A DNA stretch of 64,000 nt from an uncultured delta proteobacterium (GCA_963745025.1 CAVUWD010000006.1:160001-224000), one strand, 5' to 3'. Shown: positions 1 to 19,607, counted from the stretch's first letter. Numbers and translations are program-made. Notes: generated by a model from the sequence alone, not told the origin.

Positions 1-1331
1 TCCTGATCGACCTTGACGCGGAACGACGGATCCTCGGTGGCGAGCTTTTGTAGACTCACTCCGAGCCGCTCCTGATCGCTCTTGGTCTTCGGTTCGATCG
101 CGACCGCGATCACGGGCTCGGGGAACTCGATCGACTCGAGCAGCACCGGATGGTCGTCGTCCGACAGCGTGTCTCCTGTCGTCGTATCCTTGAGACCCAC
201 CGCCGCGGCGATGTCGCCCGCCCACACCTCTTCGATCTCTTCGCGCTTGTTGGCGTGCATCTTCAGGAGGCGTCCGATGCGTTCCTTCCTTCCCTTGGTG
301 GCGTTCAGTACGTACGAACCCGTCTTCAAACAGCCCGAGTACACGCGGAAGAAGCTCAGCGTGCCGACGTACGGATCGCTCATGATCTTGAAGGCCAGCG
401 CCGAAAACGGCGCCTTGTCGTCGGCAGGACGCTTCTCGACGCGCCCGTTGTCGGGATTGATGCCTTCCACCGGTGGAACGTCGGTCGGAGAGGGTAGATA
501 GTCGACGACGGAGTCTAGCAGCGGTTGCACGCCCTTGTTCTTGAAGGCGGAGCCGCAGATCACCGGAACGATCTTCATCGCCAGCGTACCCTTGCGGATG
601 GCGCCGCGAATCTCGTCTTCGGTGATCTCCTGACCCTCGAGATACTTCTCGAGCAACCGCTCGTCGCTGTCGGCCGCCGCTTCGACCAGCTTCTCGCGAG
701 CGTGCTCCGCGACCGCGACCATGTCCGCCGGGATCTCTTCTTCGTGGTACTTCGCGCCGAGACTCTCGTCGTCCCACACGAACGCCTTCATGCGCACGAG
801 CTCGATCACGCCTCGGAAGGAATCTTCCTTGCCGAGCGGCAGCTGGAGGAGCACGGGCCGCACCTTCAGCCGCTCTTCGAGCTGGCGAACGACCCGGTCG
901 AAATCGGCACCGACCCGATCCATCTTGTTGACGAACGCGATGCGCGGCACACGGTACTTGTCTGCTTGGCGCCAGACCGTCTCCGATTGCGGCTGCACAC
1001 CCCCGACCGCGCAGAAGACCGCCACGGCGCCGTCGAGGACGCGCAGGCTGCGCTCGACCTCGATCGTGAAGTCCACGTGGCCGGGCGTGTCGATGATGTT
1101 CACGCGGTGGTCGCGCCAGAAGCAGGTGGTCGCCGCAGAAGTGATCGTGATGCCGCGCTCCTGCTCCTGGACCATCCAGTCCATGGTCGCGGTTCCCGAG
1201 TCGACTTCGCCGATCTTGTAGTTGATACCCGTGTAAAAAAGGACTCGCTCGGTCGTCGTCGTCTTACCGGCATCGATGTGCGCCATGATGCCGATGTTTC
1301 GGGTTCTCTCGAGGGGTGCCTGACGTGCCAT
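1..1331 (-). CDS. fusA: Elongation factor G, N-terminal part (runs off the window edge)
   Basis: Manual minus-strand translation from CAT at 1329-1331: [35 protein letters not shown]...DTPGHVDF...NKMD; lies directly downstream of rpsG. Confidence 0.97.
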   Translation of the reverse strand, partial: MARQAPLERTRNIGIMAHIDAGKTTTTERVLFYTGINYKIGEVDSGTATMDWMVQEQERGITITSAATTCFWRDHRVNIIDTPGHVDFTIEVERSLRVLDGAVAVFCAVGGVQPQSETVWRQADKYRVPRIAFVNKMDRVGADFDRVVRQLEERLKVRPVLLQLPLGKEDSFRGVIELVRMKAFVWDDESLGAKYHEEEIPADMVAVAEHAREKLVEAAADSDERLLEKYLEGQEITEDEIRGAIRKGTLAMKIVPVICGSAFKNKGVQPLLDSVVDYLPSPTDVPPVEGINPDNGRVEKRPADDKAPFSALAFKIMSDPYVGTLSFFRVYSGCLKTGSYVLNATKGRKERIGRLLKMHANKREEIEEVWAGDIAAAVGLKDTTTGDTLSDDDHPVLLESIEFPEPVIAVAIEPKTKSDQERLGVSLQKLATEDPSFRVKVDQ

Positions 1332-1339
1332 GACGTTTG

Positions 1340-1424
1340 TTCGGGTTTCGGCTTTCGGTCTTCGGCGTTCGGCAGAGGCATTCGAAGATTCCTCTGCGGA
1401 AGCCGGCGGCTGACAGCCGACAGC
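1340..1424. repeat. Heptamer-repeat hairpin element (TTCGGNN x5 ... AGCCGAC-like units)
   Basis: ttcgggt ttcggct ttcggtc ttcggcg ttcggca followed by a roughly complementary arm agccggcggctgacagccgacagc, between rpsG and fusA. Confidence 0.75.
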
Positions 1425-1426
1425 GA

Positions 1427-1897
1427 TTACCAGCGGTAGTGCGCGAAGGCCTTGTTCGCCTCCGCCATGCGATGGGTGTCTTCCTTCTTCTTGACCGCCG
1501 CGCCGCGGTTCGCCGCAGCATCGAGCAGCTCGCCCGCCAGCCGCTCTTCCATCGACTTCTCGCCGCGGGAGCGTGCGTTCTGGACGATCCAGCGCATGGC
1601 CAACGAGGCCCGGCGCGAGGGCCGGACTTCGACGGGGACCTGATACGTGGCGCCGCCCACCCGCCGTGACCGCACCTCGACCACCGGCTTGACGTTTTCG
1701 ACAGCCTTGCGGAAGAGGCCGAGCGGCTCCTCCTTCGCCCGCTGACCGACGACGTCGAGCGCGTGGTAGAGAAGCCGCTCAGCGACGCTGCGCTTGCCGT
1801 CTTCCATCATCGAGTTCACGAACTTCGATATCAGCCGGTCGTGATACTTCGGATCGGGAAGAATCTCTCGCTTGGAAACGGCACCTTTGCGCGGCAT
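1427..1897 (-). CDS. rpsG: 30S ribosomal protein S7
   Basis: MPRKG...[14 protein letters not shown]...[13 protein letters not shown]. Confidence 0.99.
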   Translation of the reverse strand: MPRKGAVSKREILPDPKYHDRLISKFVNSMMEDGKRSVAERLLYHALDVVGQRAKEEPLGLFRKAVENVKPVVEVRSRRVGGATYQVPVEVRPSRRASLAMRWIVQNARSRGEKSMEERLAGELLDAAANRGAAVKKKEDTHRMAEANKAFAHYRW

Positions 1898-1903
1898 GGG
1901 TTG

Positions 1904-2011
1904 ATCGGCTTTCGGTTATCGGCCTTCGGTCTTGGACAAACGCGAATTCGCTCTTGCAAACTTGTGGTATCGATCGGAGCCTCGCCAGCCGACAGCCGAC
2001 GGCCGAGAGCC
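1904..2011. repeat. Heptamer-repeat hairpin element
   Basis: atcggct ttcggtt atcggcc ttcggtc ... agccgac agccgac ggccgag agcc, between rpsL and rpsG. Confidence 0.75.
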
Positions 2012-2012
2012 C

Positions 2013-2384
2013 CTACTTCGGTCTCTTCGCTCCGTATTTCGAGCGACCCTGGCGACGGTCCTGCACGCCGATCGAATCCAGCGTGCCGCGCACGATGTGG
2101 TAGCGCACTCCCGGCAGATCCTTCACTCGCCCGCCGCGGATCAGCACCACCGAGTGCTCCTGCAGGTTGTGCCCGACGCCGGGAATGTACGCGGTGACTT
2201 CGATCCCGTTGGTGAGGCGGACGCGGGCGACCTTACGGAGCGCCGAGTTTGGCTTCTTTGGCGTCGAGGTGTAGACGCGCGTGCACACACCTCGCTTCTG
2301 CGGCGAGCCCTGGAGCGCCGGCGCGCTCTCCTTCGCGCGCACGCGGATTCGCCCTTGCTTCACAAGCTGTTGGATCGTCGGCAT
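2013..2384 (-). CDS. rpsL: 30S ribosomal protein S12
   Basis: [17 protein letters not shown]; [13 protein letters not shown]. Confidence 0.99.
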   Translation of the reverse strand: MPTIQQLVKQGRIRVRAKESAPALQGSPQKRGVCTRVYTSTPKKPNSALRKVARVRLTNGIEVTAYIPGVGHNLQEHSVVLIRGGRVKDLPGVRYHIVRGTLDSIGVQDRRQGRSKYGAKRPK

Positions 2385-2426
2385 CCCGTCTTTCGCCTTC
2401 TCAAACGGCGCTCAAGTGAAACCGGC

Positions 2427-2454
2427 ATCTTAGATAAACCTCGAAAACTGTCAA
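2427..2454 (-). promoter_or_regulatory. Sigma70-type promoter for rpsL-rpsG-fusA
   Basis: Minus strand TTGACA (2454-2449), 16-nt spacer, TAAGAT (2432-2427), about 40 nt upstream of the rpsL start. Confidence 0.7.
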
Positions 2455-2460
2455 GTTAAA

Positions 2461-2537
2461 GGGACGTTCTTAACTTTCGAGGCTTTGCTCAGCGTCCCTC
2501 CGCGATTGGACGAAGCCTCTAAAGTTAGGAACGTCCC
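2461..2537. repeat. 27-bp near-perfect inverted repeat downstream of rpoC (terminator, structured RNA or MITE-like)
   Basis: GGGACGTTCTTAACTTTCGAGGCTTTG (2461-2487) versus CGAAGCCTCTAAAGTTAGGAACGTCCC (2511-2537); 24/27 Watson-Crick. Confidence 0.8.
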
Positions 2538-2547
2538 CCGTCCCCGA

Positions 2548-6744
<4,197 letters not shown>

Positions 6745-6748
6745 GGTC

Positions 6749-10867
<4,119 letters not shown>

Positions 10868-10983
10868 TCAGACTCCCGAATAGAGGTTGAGGACGCACTC
10901 GTGCGGCGCCCGATCGCTGGCGCGCGACGCGAGCCGGATGTGTTCTGCCGCGGCCGCGACAGAACTCGTGGAGAGCGGCATCT

Positions 10984-11379
10984 CTACTTGATCTCCACCG
11001 TGCCGCCAGCCTCCTCGAACTTCTTCTTCATCTCTTCGGCCTCCTTCTTCGACACGCCTTCCTTCACGGGCTTGGGCGCGCTGTCGACTAGGTCCTTGGC
11101 TTCCTTCAGGCCGAGGCTGGTGAGTTCGCGGACGACCTTGATGACCTGAATTTTCTTGTCACCGGCTCCGGTGAGCACGACGGTAAACTCGTCCTTCTCC
11201 GGCTCCGCCGCTGCTCCGGCCGTCGCCGCGCCACCGCCCGCCGCCGCCACCGCAACCGCGGCAGCCGCGCTGACTCCCCACTTTTCCTCGAGCGTCTTCA
11301 CGAGGCCCGAGATCTCGAGCACGGTCATCCCCGAAAGGGTGTCGACGAGCTCGGTCATCTTCTCTGCTGAAAGCGCCAT
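10984..11379 (-). CDS. rplL: 50S ribosomal protein L7/L12
   Basis: Ala-rich hinge; [23 protein letters not shown]. Confidence 0.98.
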   Translation of the reverse strand: MALSAEKMTELVDTLSGMTVLEISGLVKTLEEKWGVSAAAAVAVAAAGGGAATAGAAAEPEKDEFTVVLTGAGDKKIQVIKVVRELTSLGLKEAKDLVDSAPKPVKEGVSKKEAEEMKKKFEEAGGTVEIK

Positions 11380-11436
11380 TTCTCTATGCCTCCCTCTTTT
11401 CTGCTGAGAATTCGTCTCCTCGAAACATGGCGATCC

Positions 11437-11970
11437 TCATGGGCCCGCGTCCGGGCCCAGTTGATCCTTCCGCGAGCTCATGAGCCGGGCGAGCTGCGCT
11501 CCGGGCTCGGCAAGCAGCCGCACCAGCTGTTGCGCCGGCGCTTGGAGCACGCCCAGGAGCCGAGCCCGCAGGGCTTCCTTGGACGGCACCTTGGAGAGCG
11601 CCACGACCGCGTTCGGCTCGAGCACCTCACCCTCGAAGACTCCGCCCTTGATCCAGAACTTCTCCGTCTCGGTCTCGGCCCATTTGGCGACGATCTTGGC
11701 GATGGCGATCGGATCGTCGTAGCCAAACACCAGAGCCGTTTGCCCCTCGAGCCAGCGCTCCGATGCCTGATACGACGTATCGGCGAGAGCGCGTTTGGCC
11801 AGGGTGTTCTTGGTGACTTTGCACTCGCCGCCCGCGCCTCGGAGCTCGCGGCGCAACTGATTCGTCTGCGCGACCGTCAGACCTTGGTAGCGCGCGAGCA
11901 GCGCGACCTTCGCGGCCCGGAGCTTCTCGCCGAGTTCGGCGACCAGCTCGGTCTTCTCTTGCCGTCTCAC
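11437..11970 (-). CDS. rplJ: 50S ribosomal protein L10
   Basis: YQGLTV...LRRELR...VTKNTLAKRAL; position between rplA and rplL. Confidence 0.96.
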   Translation of the reverse strand: MRRQEKTELVAELGEKLRAAKVALLARYQGLTVAQTNQLRRELRGAGGECKVTKNTLAKRALADTSYQASERWLEGQTALVFGYDDPIAIAKIVAKWAETETEKFWIKGGVFEGEVLEPNAVVALSKVPSKEALRARLLGVLQAPAQQLVRLLAEPGAQLARLMSSRKDQLGPDAGP

Positions 11971-11984
11971 GACTCCTCCTGTTC

Positions 11985-12698
11985 CTATGCCGCTGATGCC
12001 GTCGCGCGCGCATCGAGCGGATCGATTTTCACGCCGGGACCCATTGTCGTCGATACGGCGATGGACCTCAGATAGTTGCCCTTGGCAGCCGCAGGCTTGG
12101 CGCGGAGCACGGCAGCGAGAAGCGCATGCGCATTCTCCGCGAGCTTGTCCGGGCCGAACGACGCCTTGCCGATCGGTGCGTGGACGATTCCCGCCTTCTC
12201 CACCCGAAATTCCACCTTACCCGCCTTGATCTCTTTGACGGTCCTGGCGACGTCCATCGTCACCGTGCCCACCTTCGGGTTGGGCATGAGCCCGCGTGGA
12301 CCGAGGATCTTACCGATGCGTCCTACCTGGGCCATCATGTCCGGCGTAGCGACGACCTTGTCGAAGTCGAGCCAGCCCTCCTCCTGGATCTTCTTGACCA
12401 GGTCTTCGGCACCGACGAAATCGGCATACGCCGCCTCCGCCTCCTTCGCCTTGTCGCCCTTGGCGAAGACGAGGACGCGCTGCGCCTTACCGATCCCGTT
12501 CGGCAGGACGACGGTGCCGCGCACGTTCTGGTCCGCTTGCCGCGGGTCGACGTTCAGACGGATCGCGATCTCGACGGTCTCGTCGAACTTGCATCGCGTT
12601 CCGCCGATCGCGAGTGCGATCGCCTGCGCGAGCGGATAGCGCTTCTCGTGGTCGATCGTCTCGTTCCCAGCGCGATATCGCTTGCTGTGCTGCGCCAT
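11985..12698 (-). CDS. rplA: 50S ribosomal protein L1
   Basis: KFDETVE; [15 protein letters not shown]; TTMGPGV. Confidence 0.98.
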   Translation of the reverse strand: MAQHSKRYRAGNETIDHEKRYPLAQAIALAIGGTRCKFDETVEIAIRLNVDPRQADQNVRGTVVLPNGIGKAQRVLVFAKGDKAKEAEAAYADFVGAEDLVKKIQEEGWLDFDKVVATPDMMAQVGRIGKILGPRGLMPNPKVGTVTMDVARTVKEIKAGKVEFRVEKAGIVHAPIGKASFGPDKLAENAHALLAAVLRAKPAAAKGNYLRSIAVSTTMGPGVKIDPLDARATASAA

Positions 12699-12711
12699 CG
12701 CAGTCTCTCCT

Positions 12712-13140
12712 CTACTTCCCTTCCACGGTGAGCCCCATGCTACGGGCGGTGCCTTCGACGGTGCGAATCGCGGCGGCGAGGTCCTTGGCCGTGAGATCGG
12801 GAAGCTTCTGCTTGGCGATCTCCTCGACTTGCGCCTTGGTGACCTTGCCGACCATCTTCTTACGCGGCTCCCCGGAACCCTTTTCGAGGCCCGCGGCCCG
12901 CTTGAGCAGAACCGACGCGGGCGGGGTCTTGGTGATGAAGGTGAAGGAGCGGTCGCCGTACACGGTGATGATCACCGGGATGATCAAACCCTGCTGCGCC
13001 TGGGTCTGCGCGTTGAACGCCTTGCAGAACTCCATGATGTTGACGCCGCGCTGGCCGAGCGCCGGACCGACGGGCGGGCTCGGGTTGGCCTGTCCGGCGG
13101 GAATCTGCAGCTTGATCTCGGCGATGATCTTCTTCGCCAT
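12712..13140 (-). CDS. rplK: 50S ribosomal protein L11
   Basis: [26 protein letters not shown]. Confidence 0.99.
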   Translation of the reverse strand: MAKKIIAEIKLQIPAGQANPSPPVGPALGQRGVNIMEFCKAFNAQTQAQQGLIIPVIITVYGDRSFTFITKTPPASVLLKRAAGLEKGSGEPRKKMVGKVTKAQVEEIAKQKLPDLTAKDLAAAIRTVEGTARSMGLTVEGK

Positions 13141-13671
13141 CTAGGCTTTCTCCACTTGCACGAAGTCGAGCTCGACCGGCGTCGAACGCCCGAAGATGCT
13201 GATCAGCACCTTGAGCTTGCCCTTTTCCGGCCGGACTTCCTCGACCACTCCGTTGAAGTCCTGGAAGGGGCCGTCGATGACCTTCACGCTCTCGCCGGTC
13301 TCGAACTGCATCTTGGGCTTCGGGCGCACCGCCCCTTCTTCCATTTGATGCGCGATGCCCGCCACTTCCTCGTCGGGAACGGACGCGGGCTCGGTGGCGC
13401 CGCCGACGAACCCCGTCACTTTCGGCGTGGATCTCACCAGGTGCCAGGTGTCGTCGTTGAGCTCCATGTTGACGAGGATGTAGCCCGGGAAGAACTTGCG
13501 CGAAGAGATCTTCGGCTTACCCTTTACGAGCTCCTTCACCTTCTCGGCCGGAACCAAGATCTCGCCGAAGTATTGGCCTTTACCGAGCGCCCTGACGCGC
13601 TCTTCGAGCGCGGCCTTGGCCTTCTGCTCGGAGCCCGAGTAGGTATGAACGACGTACCACTTCTTCGCCAT
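13141..13671 (-). CDS. nusG: Transcription termination/antitermination factor NusG
   Basis: [10 protein letters not shown]; FFPGYILV; KOW motif VKVIDGPF; [10 protein letters not shown]. Confidence 0.98.
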   Translation of the reverse strand: MAKKWYVVHTYSGSEQKAKAALEERVRALGKGQYFGEILVPAEKVKELVKGKPKISSRKFFPGYILVNMELNDDTWHLVRSTPKVTGFVGGATEPASVPDEEVAGIAHQMEEGAVRPKPKMQFETGESVKVIDGPFQDFNGVVEEVRPEKGKLKVLISIFGRSTPVELDFVQVEKA

Positions 13672-13694
13672 AGGGATCACGGTGAGTCAGACGG

Positions 13695-13910
13695 TTACGA
13701 AAGCCTGGGTGCCAGCAGCCTCTGGATGACATGCGACAGACTGAAATCGACCAGTCCGAGGAGCAGCGCGAACACCATGACGACCACCACCACGACGATC
13801 GTGGCCGCGCGTGTCTCCTTCCAGCTCGGCCAATGGACCTTCTTCAGCTCGATCCAAACCTCCCTGAAGAATTGAACCGATTGGTCCACCCATTCCTTCG
13901 CGTTTGCCAT
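13695..13910 (-). CDS. secE: Preprotein translocase subunit SecE
   Basis: ELKKVHWPS plus one TM helix; between tRNA-Trp and nusG. Confidence 0.95.
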   Translation of the reverse strand: MANAKEWVDQSVQFFREVWIELKKVHWPSWKETRAATIVVVVVVMVFALLLGLVDFSLSHVIQRLLAPRLS

Positions 13911-13951
13911 CCTCGATCGTCTCTTGGACTCCCTCGTTTCCGGATCGGTAG

Positions 13952-14025
13952 CGGGCCAGGCAGGGCTCGAACCTGCAACCCCCGGATTTGGAGTCCGGTG
14001 CTCTACCAATTAGAGCTACTGACCC
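13952..14025 (-). tRNA. tRNA-Trp(CCA)
   Basis: GGGTCAGTAGCTCTAATTGGTAGAGCACCGGACTCCAAATCCGG...GGTTCGAGCC; cloverleaf with anticodon CCA. Confidence 0.96.
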
Positions 14026-14031
14026 TCGTTT

Positions 14032-14100
14032 GGCTTCCGGCTACCGCCTTCCGGCTACCGGCAAAGACTTCACGGTGTCTCTTGCGGTAGCCGGTAGTCC
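14032..14100. repeat. Heptamer-repeat hairpin element (GGCTACC-type)
   Basis: ggcttcc ggctacc gccttcc ggctacc ggc-aaagacttc...ggtagcc ggtagtcc. Confidence 0.75.
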
Positions 14101-14107
14101 GTCCTCT

Positions 14108-14263
14108 TCAGACCTTACTCTCCTTGTGTACGCGGTGCCCCCGACACACCGGACAGAACTTCTTGAGCGAGATCTTGTCCGACTTGGTCTTCCTGTTTTT
14201 CGTCGTCGTGTAGTTCTTGCGTTTGCACTGGTCACAGACCAGGGAGATGATTTCACGGATCAT
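14108..14263 (-). CDS. rpmG: 50S ribosomal protein L33 (zinc-binding type)
   Basis: Manual translation MIREIISLVCDQCKRKNYTTTKNRKTKSDKISLKKFCPVCRGHRVHKESKV; absent from the supplied ORF track. Confidence 0.96.
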   Translation of the reverse strand: MIREIISLVCDQCKRKNYTTTKNRKTKSDKISLKKFCPVCRGHRVHKESKV

Positions 14264-14274
14264 GGCTATGTCCT

Positions 14275-14342
14275 GGCTTCAGGCTACGGGCTACGGGTAA
14301 AGACTTCGCGATTCCTTTCCTGTAGCCCGTAGCCTGTAGCCG
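14275..14342. repeat. Heptamer-repeat hairpin element (GGCTACG-type)
   Basis: ggcttca ggctacg ggctacg ggt-aaagacttc...cc tgtagcc cgtagcc tgtagcc. Confidence 0.8.
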
Positions 14343-14349
14343 TTGTTCT

Positions 14350-15540
<1,191 letters not shown>

Positions 15541-15577
15541 GTCTCAGCTCCTCCCCGCGCCCCGCCCCTCGGGGCGT

Positions 15578-15641
15578 CCGGCTACCGGCTGCCGCCTACC
15601 GGCTAAACACTCCTGGCTCCTCTCGCGATAACCGGTAGCCG
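15578..15641. repeat. Heptamer-repeat hairpin element
   Basis: cc ggctacc ggctgcc gcctacc ggcta ... taaccggtagcc, between tRNA-Tyr and tuf. Confidence 0.7.
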
Positions 15642-15653
15642 TTTTCTTCCTCA

Positions 15654-15736
15654 TGGAGAGGGGAGGATTCGAACCTCCGAAGGCATACGCCGGCAGATTT
15701 ACAGTCTGCTCCCTTTGGCCGCTTGGGTACCTCTCC
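15654..15736 (-). tRNA. tRNA-Tyr(GTA)
   Basis: GGAGAGGTACCCAAGCGGCCAAAGGGAGCAGACTGTAAATCTGC; long variable arm. Confidence 0.96.
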
Positions 15737-15794
15737 TCACCGACTCTCGCTCCGCATCCGCTTTGGACGGGCCCTCGACCCTCGCAGTTCAACA

Positions 15795-15867
15795 AGCCCA
15801 GGAGCGGGATTGAACCGCCGACCTCGTCCTTACCAAGGACGTGCTCTGCCGACTGAGCTACCTGGGC
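15795..15867 (-). tRNA. tRNA-Thr(GGT)
   Basis: GCCCAGGTAGCTCAGTCGGCAGAGCACGTCCTTGGTAAGGAC...GGTTCAATCC. Confidence 0.96.
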
Positions 15868-16015
15868 ACTCCGCGAGCGCAGATCGTAGGGCATCTCGCC
15901 GCGTGCTCGCGCTCCGCTCCTCAGCGTACCGGAAGTACGCTTCCGTCGCTCCGCGCTGTGCGCGCGACGATCTGCCCCACGCTCCGCGCTCGCGAACTCC
16001 CGGCCAACGTTCGAG

Positions 16016-16088
16016 AGCGGGAGACGGGAATCGAACCCGCGACGTTCAGCTTGGAAGGCTGATGCTCTACCAACTGAGCTACTCCCGC
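16016..16088 (-). tRNA. tRNA-Gly(TCC)
   Basis: GCGGGAGTAGCTCAGTTGGTAGAGCATCAGCCTTCCAAGCTGA. Confidence 0.96.
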
Positions 16089-16175
16089 AGAGGCAAAGGC
16101 ACCAAGCGCGGCCCACCTCGGCCCTTCCTCGCTCGACGCCCGCCGAACCAGTCTCGCCATTTCGCTCGCGGGGAG

Positions 16176-16248
16176 AGCCGACGGCCGGAATCGAACCGGC
16201 GACCTGCTGATTACAAGTCAGCTGCTCTGCCATCTGAGCTACGTCGGC
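16176..16248 (-). tRNA. tRNA-Thr(TGT)
   Basis: GCCGACGTAGCTCAGATGGCAGAGCAGCTGACTTGTAATCAGC. Confidence 0.96.
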
Positions 16249-16523
16249 CCGTTGGCAGCGTGCCTGTGAATGTCGTCGTGTGAGGTTCAACTGGCTTTCG
16301 ACTCCGACACCCGCGCTACGGAAAGCGCTTGACTCCCCAGCCCGCTGCTTGTCCTTCGGGACCGAGGTGGACGTGTTCGAGCAGGCGATCAGCTGGCTCC
16401 CAGGGGCGGGGTCTGACACCGCTTCCCAGGCTTGTGAATCAGAAAGGAAAAACGCTCGTCGGAAACCACCGTTCCAAGTCTATGTCGCTTAAATTGCGAA
16501 ACAACATGGCTATCACCCGTATC

Positions 16524-17291
16524 TCAGGGTGTCAATCCGTTGACGCCTTCTCTCGAGGCCGCTTGCCGGAAGCGCTCGTAGAGAGCCACAGCGGCGGCGA
16601 CGGAGACGTTCAGCGACCCGACCCGGCCGACCATTGGAATCGATATCAGATGGTCGCACTTCGCGCGAGTGAGCGGCCGTAGACCCCTGCCCTCCGCTCC
16701 GACGACTAGAGCGCAGCGCTCGGGGAAGGAGAATTCGAAGAGATTTTGCGTCGCCGCGCCGTCGAGCCCGACGATCCAGTATCCGGTACGCTTGAGCTCT
16801 TCGAGGGCCCTCGCCAGGTTGACTACTCGGGAGATCGCTACAAAAGCAGTCGCGCCCGCGGCTGCCTTAGCCACCACCGCGGTAACCGATACGGAGCGGT
16901 CCTGGGGAATCACCACACCACCCACACCGGTGGCATCCGCTGAGCGGACGAGCGCACCGAAGTTTCGCGGGTCGGTGACCTGGTCGGCGAGGAGCAGACA
17001 GGCGGGCTTCCGTGCCACTAGGTCGTGCCAGTCTGCGTATTGATAACCGCGCATCAGGGCGACGACTCCCTGGTGAGCAACGCCGCGAACGAGTTCATGG
17101 AGATGGCGCACATCCTCGCGCTCCACCTCCAGGCCGGCGCGCCTCGCTTGCTCGGCGACTGCGGCGGCGCCGCCGCTCACACCACGCGCGACGACCACCT
17201 TGCGGATGGCACGGGGGTCGCGACGGAGCTGCTCGAGAACCGGGTTCACGCCCGCAAGCCAGTCGCCGGTGTTCGCTTCCTTCCTACTCAT
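16524..17291 (-). CDS. rlmB: 23S rRNA (G2251-2'-O)-methyltransferase, SPOUT/TrmH family
   Basis: HQGVVA; DQVTDPRNFGALVRSA; VGAEGRGL; IPM..SLNVSVAAAV. Confidence 0.92.
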   Translation of the reverse strand: MSRKEANTGDWLAGVNPVLEQLRRDPRAIRKVVVARGVSGGAAAVAEQARRAGLEVEREDVRHLHELVRGVAHQGVVALMRGYQYADWHDLVARKPACLLLADQVTDPRNFGALVRSADATGVGGVVIPQDRSVSVTAVVAKAAAGATAFVAISRVVNLARALEELKRTGYWIVGLDGAATQNLFEFSFPERCALVVGAEGRGLRPLTRAKCDHLISIPMVGRVGSLNVSVAAAVALYERFRQAASREGVNGLTP

Positions 17292-17314
17292 CCGGAAGTT
17301 ACACTCGCGAATCG

Positions 17315-18505
17315 ATGGGGAGAATCCTCAATCGCTATCTATTCGTGGAGATCCTCGTCCCGTTCTTTCTCGGCCTCGCCGTCTTCACCTTCGTGCTGCT
17401 GATCGCCCGCATCTTGAAGCTCGTCGAACTGGTCGTCAATCGCGGAGTTCCTCTGCTCGACATCCTCGAGACCTTCGCGCTGATCTTACCCGGCTTCCTC
17501 GAGGTGACGGTGCCGATGGCACTGCTGCTCGCGATTCTCCTCGGATTCGGTCGCCTCGCGTCGGACAGCGAGGTCGTCGCGCTCAAGACGTCGGGCGTGA
17601 GCCTCTATCAGATGACGGTTCCGGTAGTGGCCTTCACGGTCCTGGCTTCGCTCGCGACGTTCGTGATCGCAATCTGGGTCCGTCCTTGGGCCAATGGGGC
17701 ATTGCGCGAGCAGCTCTTCGAGGTCGTCAAGAGCCGCGTCTCTGCCGGTTTCAAGGAAAAGGTGTTCAACACCGATTTCCCGGGGCTCGTGATCTACATC
17801 GAGGAGATCGAGCCAGGCGGCGGCACCCTGAAAGGAATGTTGATTTCCGATGTGCGCCGAGCCGACAGCCGGAACACCGTCATCGCCAAGATCGGCTTGC
17901 TAGTACCGAACGAAGACGCCAAGACGGTCACGCTCCGCTTGCTCGACGGAACCATCTACGGCGTCGGCGGGAGCGAGAACGCGTTTCAGAAGACCGATTT
18001 CACGGTCTACGACGTCAGCCTCAATCTCACCAACATCGGGGAGATGCGCCCCAAGGAGAAGGATCCGAAGGAGATGACGCTCGGGGAGCTCCGTCGCCGC
18101 ATCGCCGACCGGTACGCCCAGCACCAGCCCGCGAACGAGGAAGAGATCGAGCTCCACCGCAAGTTCTCGATCCCTTTCGCCTGCGTGGTCTTCATGCTCG
18201 TGGGGATTCCGCTGGCGATTCCACCTTCGCGTGCGGTACGGTCGCGTGGCTTCGCAGTGAGCCTCGTGCTGATCTTCCTGTATTACATTCCCCTGACCGT
18301 CGGACAGACGGTGGCCGAGAAGGGATACGTGCCTGCGGCGCTCGGGCTCTGGTCCCCGAATCTCCTCTTCTTCGCGCTCGGCAGTTTCCTGTTCGTCAAC
18401 GTGGCCCGAGAGGCGCCGATCCGCCAGTGGGAGCGCCTGGAAGCCCAGTGGGTGCGGGGCCGTGCAATCTTCACGGACGCGCTGAGGAAGCTCGGCGGAT
18501 CATGA
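17315..18505 (+). CDS. lptF: LPS export ABC transporter permease LptF
   Basis: RILNRYLF...GRLASDSEVVALKTSGVS...ELHRKFSIPFAC; YjgP/YjgQ family, first of a tandem pair. Confidence 0.9.
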   Translation: MGRILNRYLFVEILVPFFLGLAVFTFVLLIARILKLVELVVNRGVPLLDILETFALILPGFLEVTVPMALLLAILLGFGRLASDSEVVALKTSGVSLYQMTVPVVAFTVLASLATFVIAIWVRPWANGALREQLFEVVKSRVSAGFKEKVFNTDFPGLVIYIEEIEPGGGTLKGMLISDVRRADSRNTVIAKIGLLVPNEDAKTVTLRLLDGTIYGVGGSENAFQKTDFTVYDVSLNLTNIGEMRPKEKDPKEMTLGELRRRIADRYAQHQPANEEEIELHRKFSIPFACVVFMLVGIPLAIPPSRAVRSRGFAVSLVLIFLYYIPLTVGQTVAEKGYVPAALGLWSPNLLFFALGSFLFVNVAREAPIRQWERLEAQWVRGRAIFTDALRKLGGS

Positions 18506-19605
18506 ACAGCGGCCCACGCAATCCCTTCGCGAAGATTCTGTCTCGCTACCTGGTGAGCGAGTTCCTGCGCGTCGTCGCGCTCTGCCTCGTCGCGTTCATC
18601 GTGGTCTACCTGATCGCGGACTTCTCGGATCGCATCGACGACTTCCTCCGGCACCAGGCTCCCGTCGGCGCCATCGTCCGCTACTTCTTGGTGAGAATTC
18701 CGCTGATCGTGAATCAAGTCCTGCCGATCGCCGTCCTCGCCGCCATGTTGCTCAGCCTCGGGGGGTTCTCGAGGCACAACGAGCTCACGGCGATGCGCGC
18801 GTGCGGCGTGTCCTCCGCGCAGATCGTCGCACCACTGCTCGGCGTTTGCCTGGCGCTGTCCGCGTTCATCTTCGTGTGGAACGAGAAGGTGGTACCCTAC
18901 TTCGCGACCCGCGCCCACTACATCAACACGATTGAGATCAAGAAGCGTCAGATGCAGGGGTTACTCGGCGACCAGCAGGTATGGGCGCACGGCCAGGACA
19001 CCTTCTACAACATCCAATCGTTCGACGCGCGCAGTCGTACGCTCGTCGGCATCACCATCTATCCGATCGACCCGGAGTTCCACCTCAAGGGCCTGGTGGA
19101 GATCCCCAGGGCGCACTGGAACGGCACGCAGTGGGCATTCCGCCAGGGTGTGCAGCGTGTCTTCGGCTCCGACGGCGAGATTCAGACCGTCGCGCTCGAA
19201 CCGGGGACGCTCGACTTGCGAGAGAAGCCCGCCGACCTCATGGCGGCGCGGCGCGACGCCGAGGAGTTCAACTACAGCGAGCTCAGCGCTCTGATCAACA
19301 ATCTCCGCAAAAAGGGCCTCGACACGACCGAGTATCTGGTCGACCTCCACCTCAAGTTCGCCGTGCCCTTCGTCTGTACCGTGATGGCGCTGATTTCGAT
19401 GCCGCTCGGCATGCGCAACCTGCGCTCATCGAGTCTCGCCAACAACATCGGAGTGGGTCTCTTGATCGGAGCGAGCTACTGGTTCGTGCTCGCGCTCGCG
19501 GTATCGCTCGGCCACAGCGGCGCTCTGCCGCCAATCGTCGCTGCGTGGACTGCGAACGTGATCTTTGCCGGGATCGGGTCGTTTCTGTTGCTCGGAACGA
19601 CTTGA
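18502..19605 (+). CDS. lptG: LPS export ABC transporter permease LptG
   Basis: ILSRYL...SRHNELTAMRACGVS...LPPIVAAWTAN; ATGA overlap with lptF. Confidence 0.9.
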   Translation: MNSGPRNPFAKILSRYLVSEFLRVVALCLVAFIVVYLIADFSDRIDDFLRHQAPVGAIVRYFLVRIPLIVNQVLPIAVLAAMLLSLGGFSRHNELTAMRACGVSSAQIVAPLLGVCLALSAFIFVWNEKVVPYFATRAHYINTIEIKKRQMQGLLGDQQVWAHGQDTFYNIQSFDARSRTLVGITIYPIDPEFHLKGLVEIPRAHWNGTQWAFRQGVQRVFGSDGEIQTVALEPGTLDLREKPADLMAARRDAEEFNYSELSALINNLRKKGLDTTEYLVDLHLKFAVPFVCTVMALISMPLGMRNLRSSSLANNIGVGLLIGASYWFVLALAVSLGHSGALPPIVAAWTANVIFAGIGSFLLLGTT

Positions 19606-19607
19606 AG

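Noticed and set aside
16250-16523. Possible ncRNA or tRNA-Sec in the long leader upstream of tRNA-Thr
   Set aside because: No cloverleaf or recognisable RNA family by eye. No selA/B/C/D was found anywhere in the window, so these would have to lie elsewhere.
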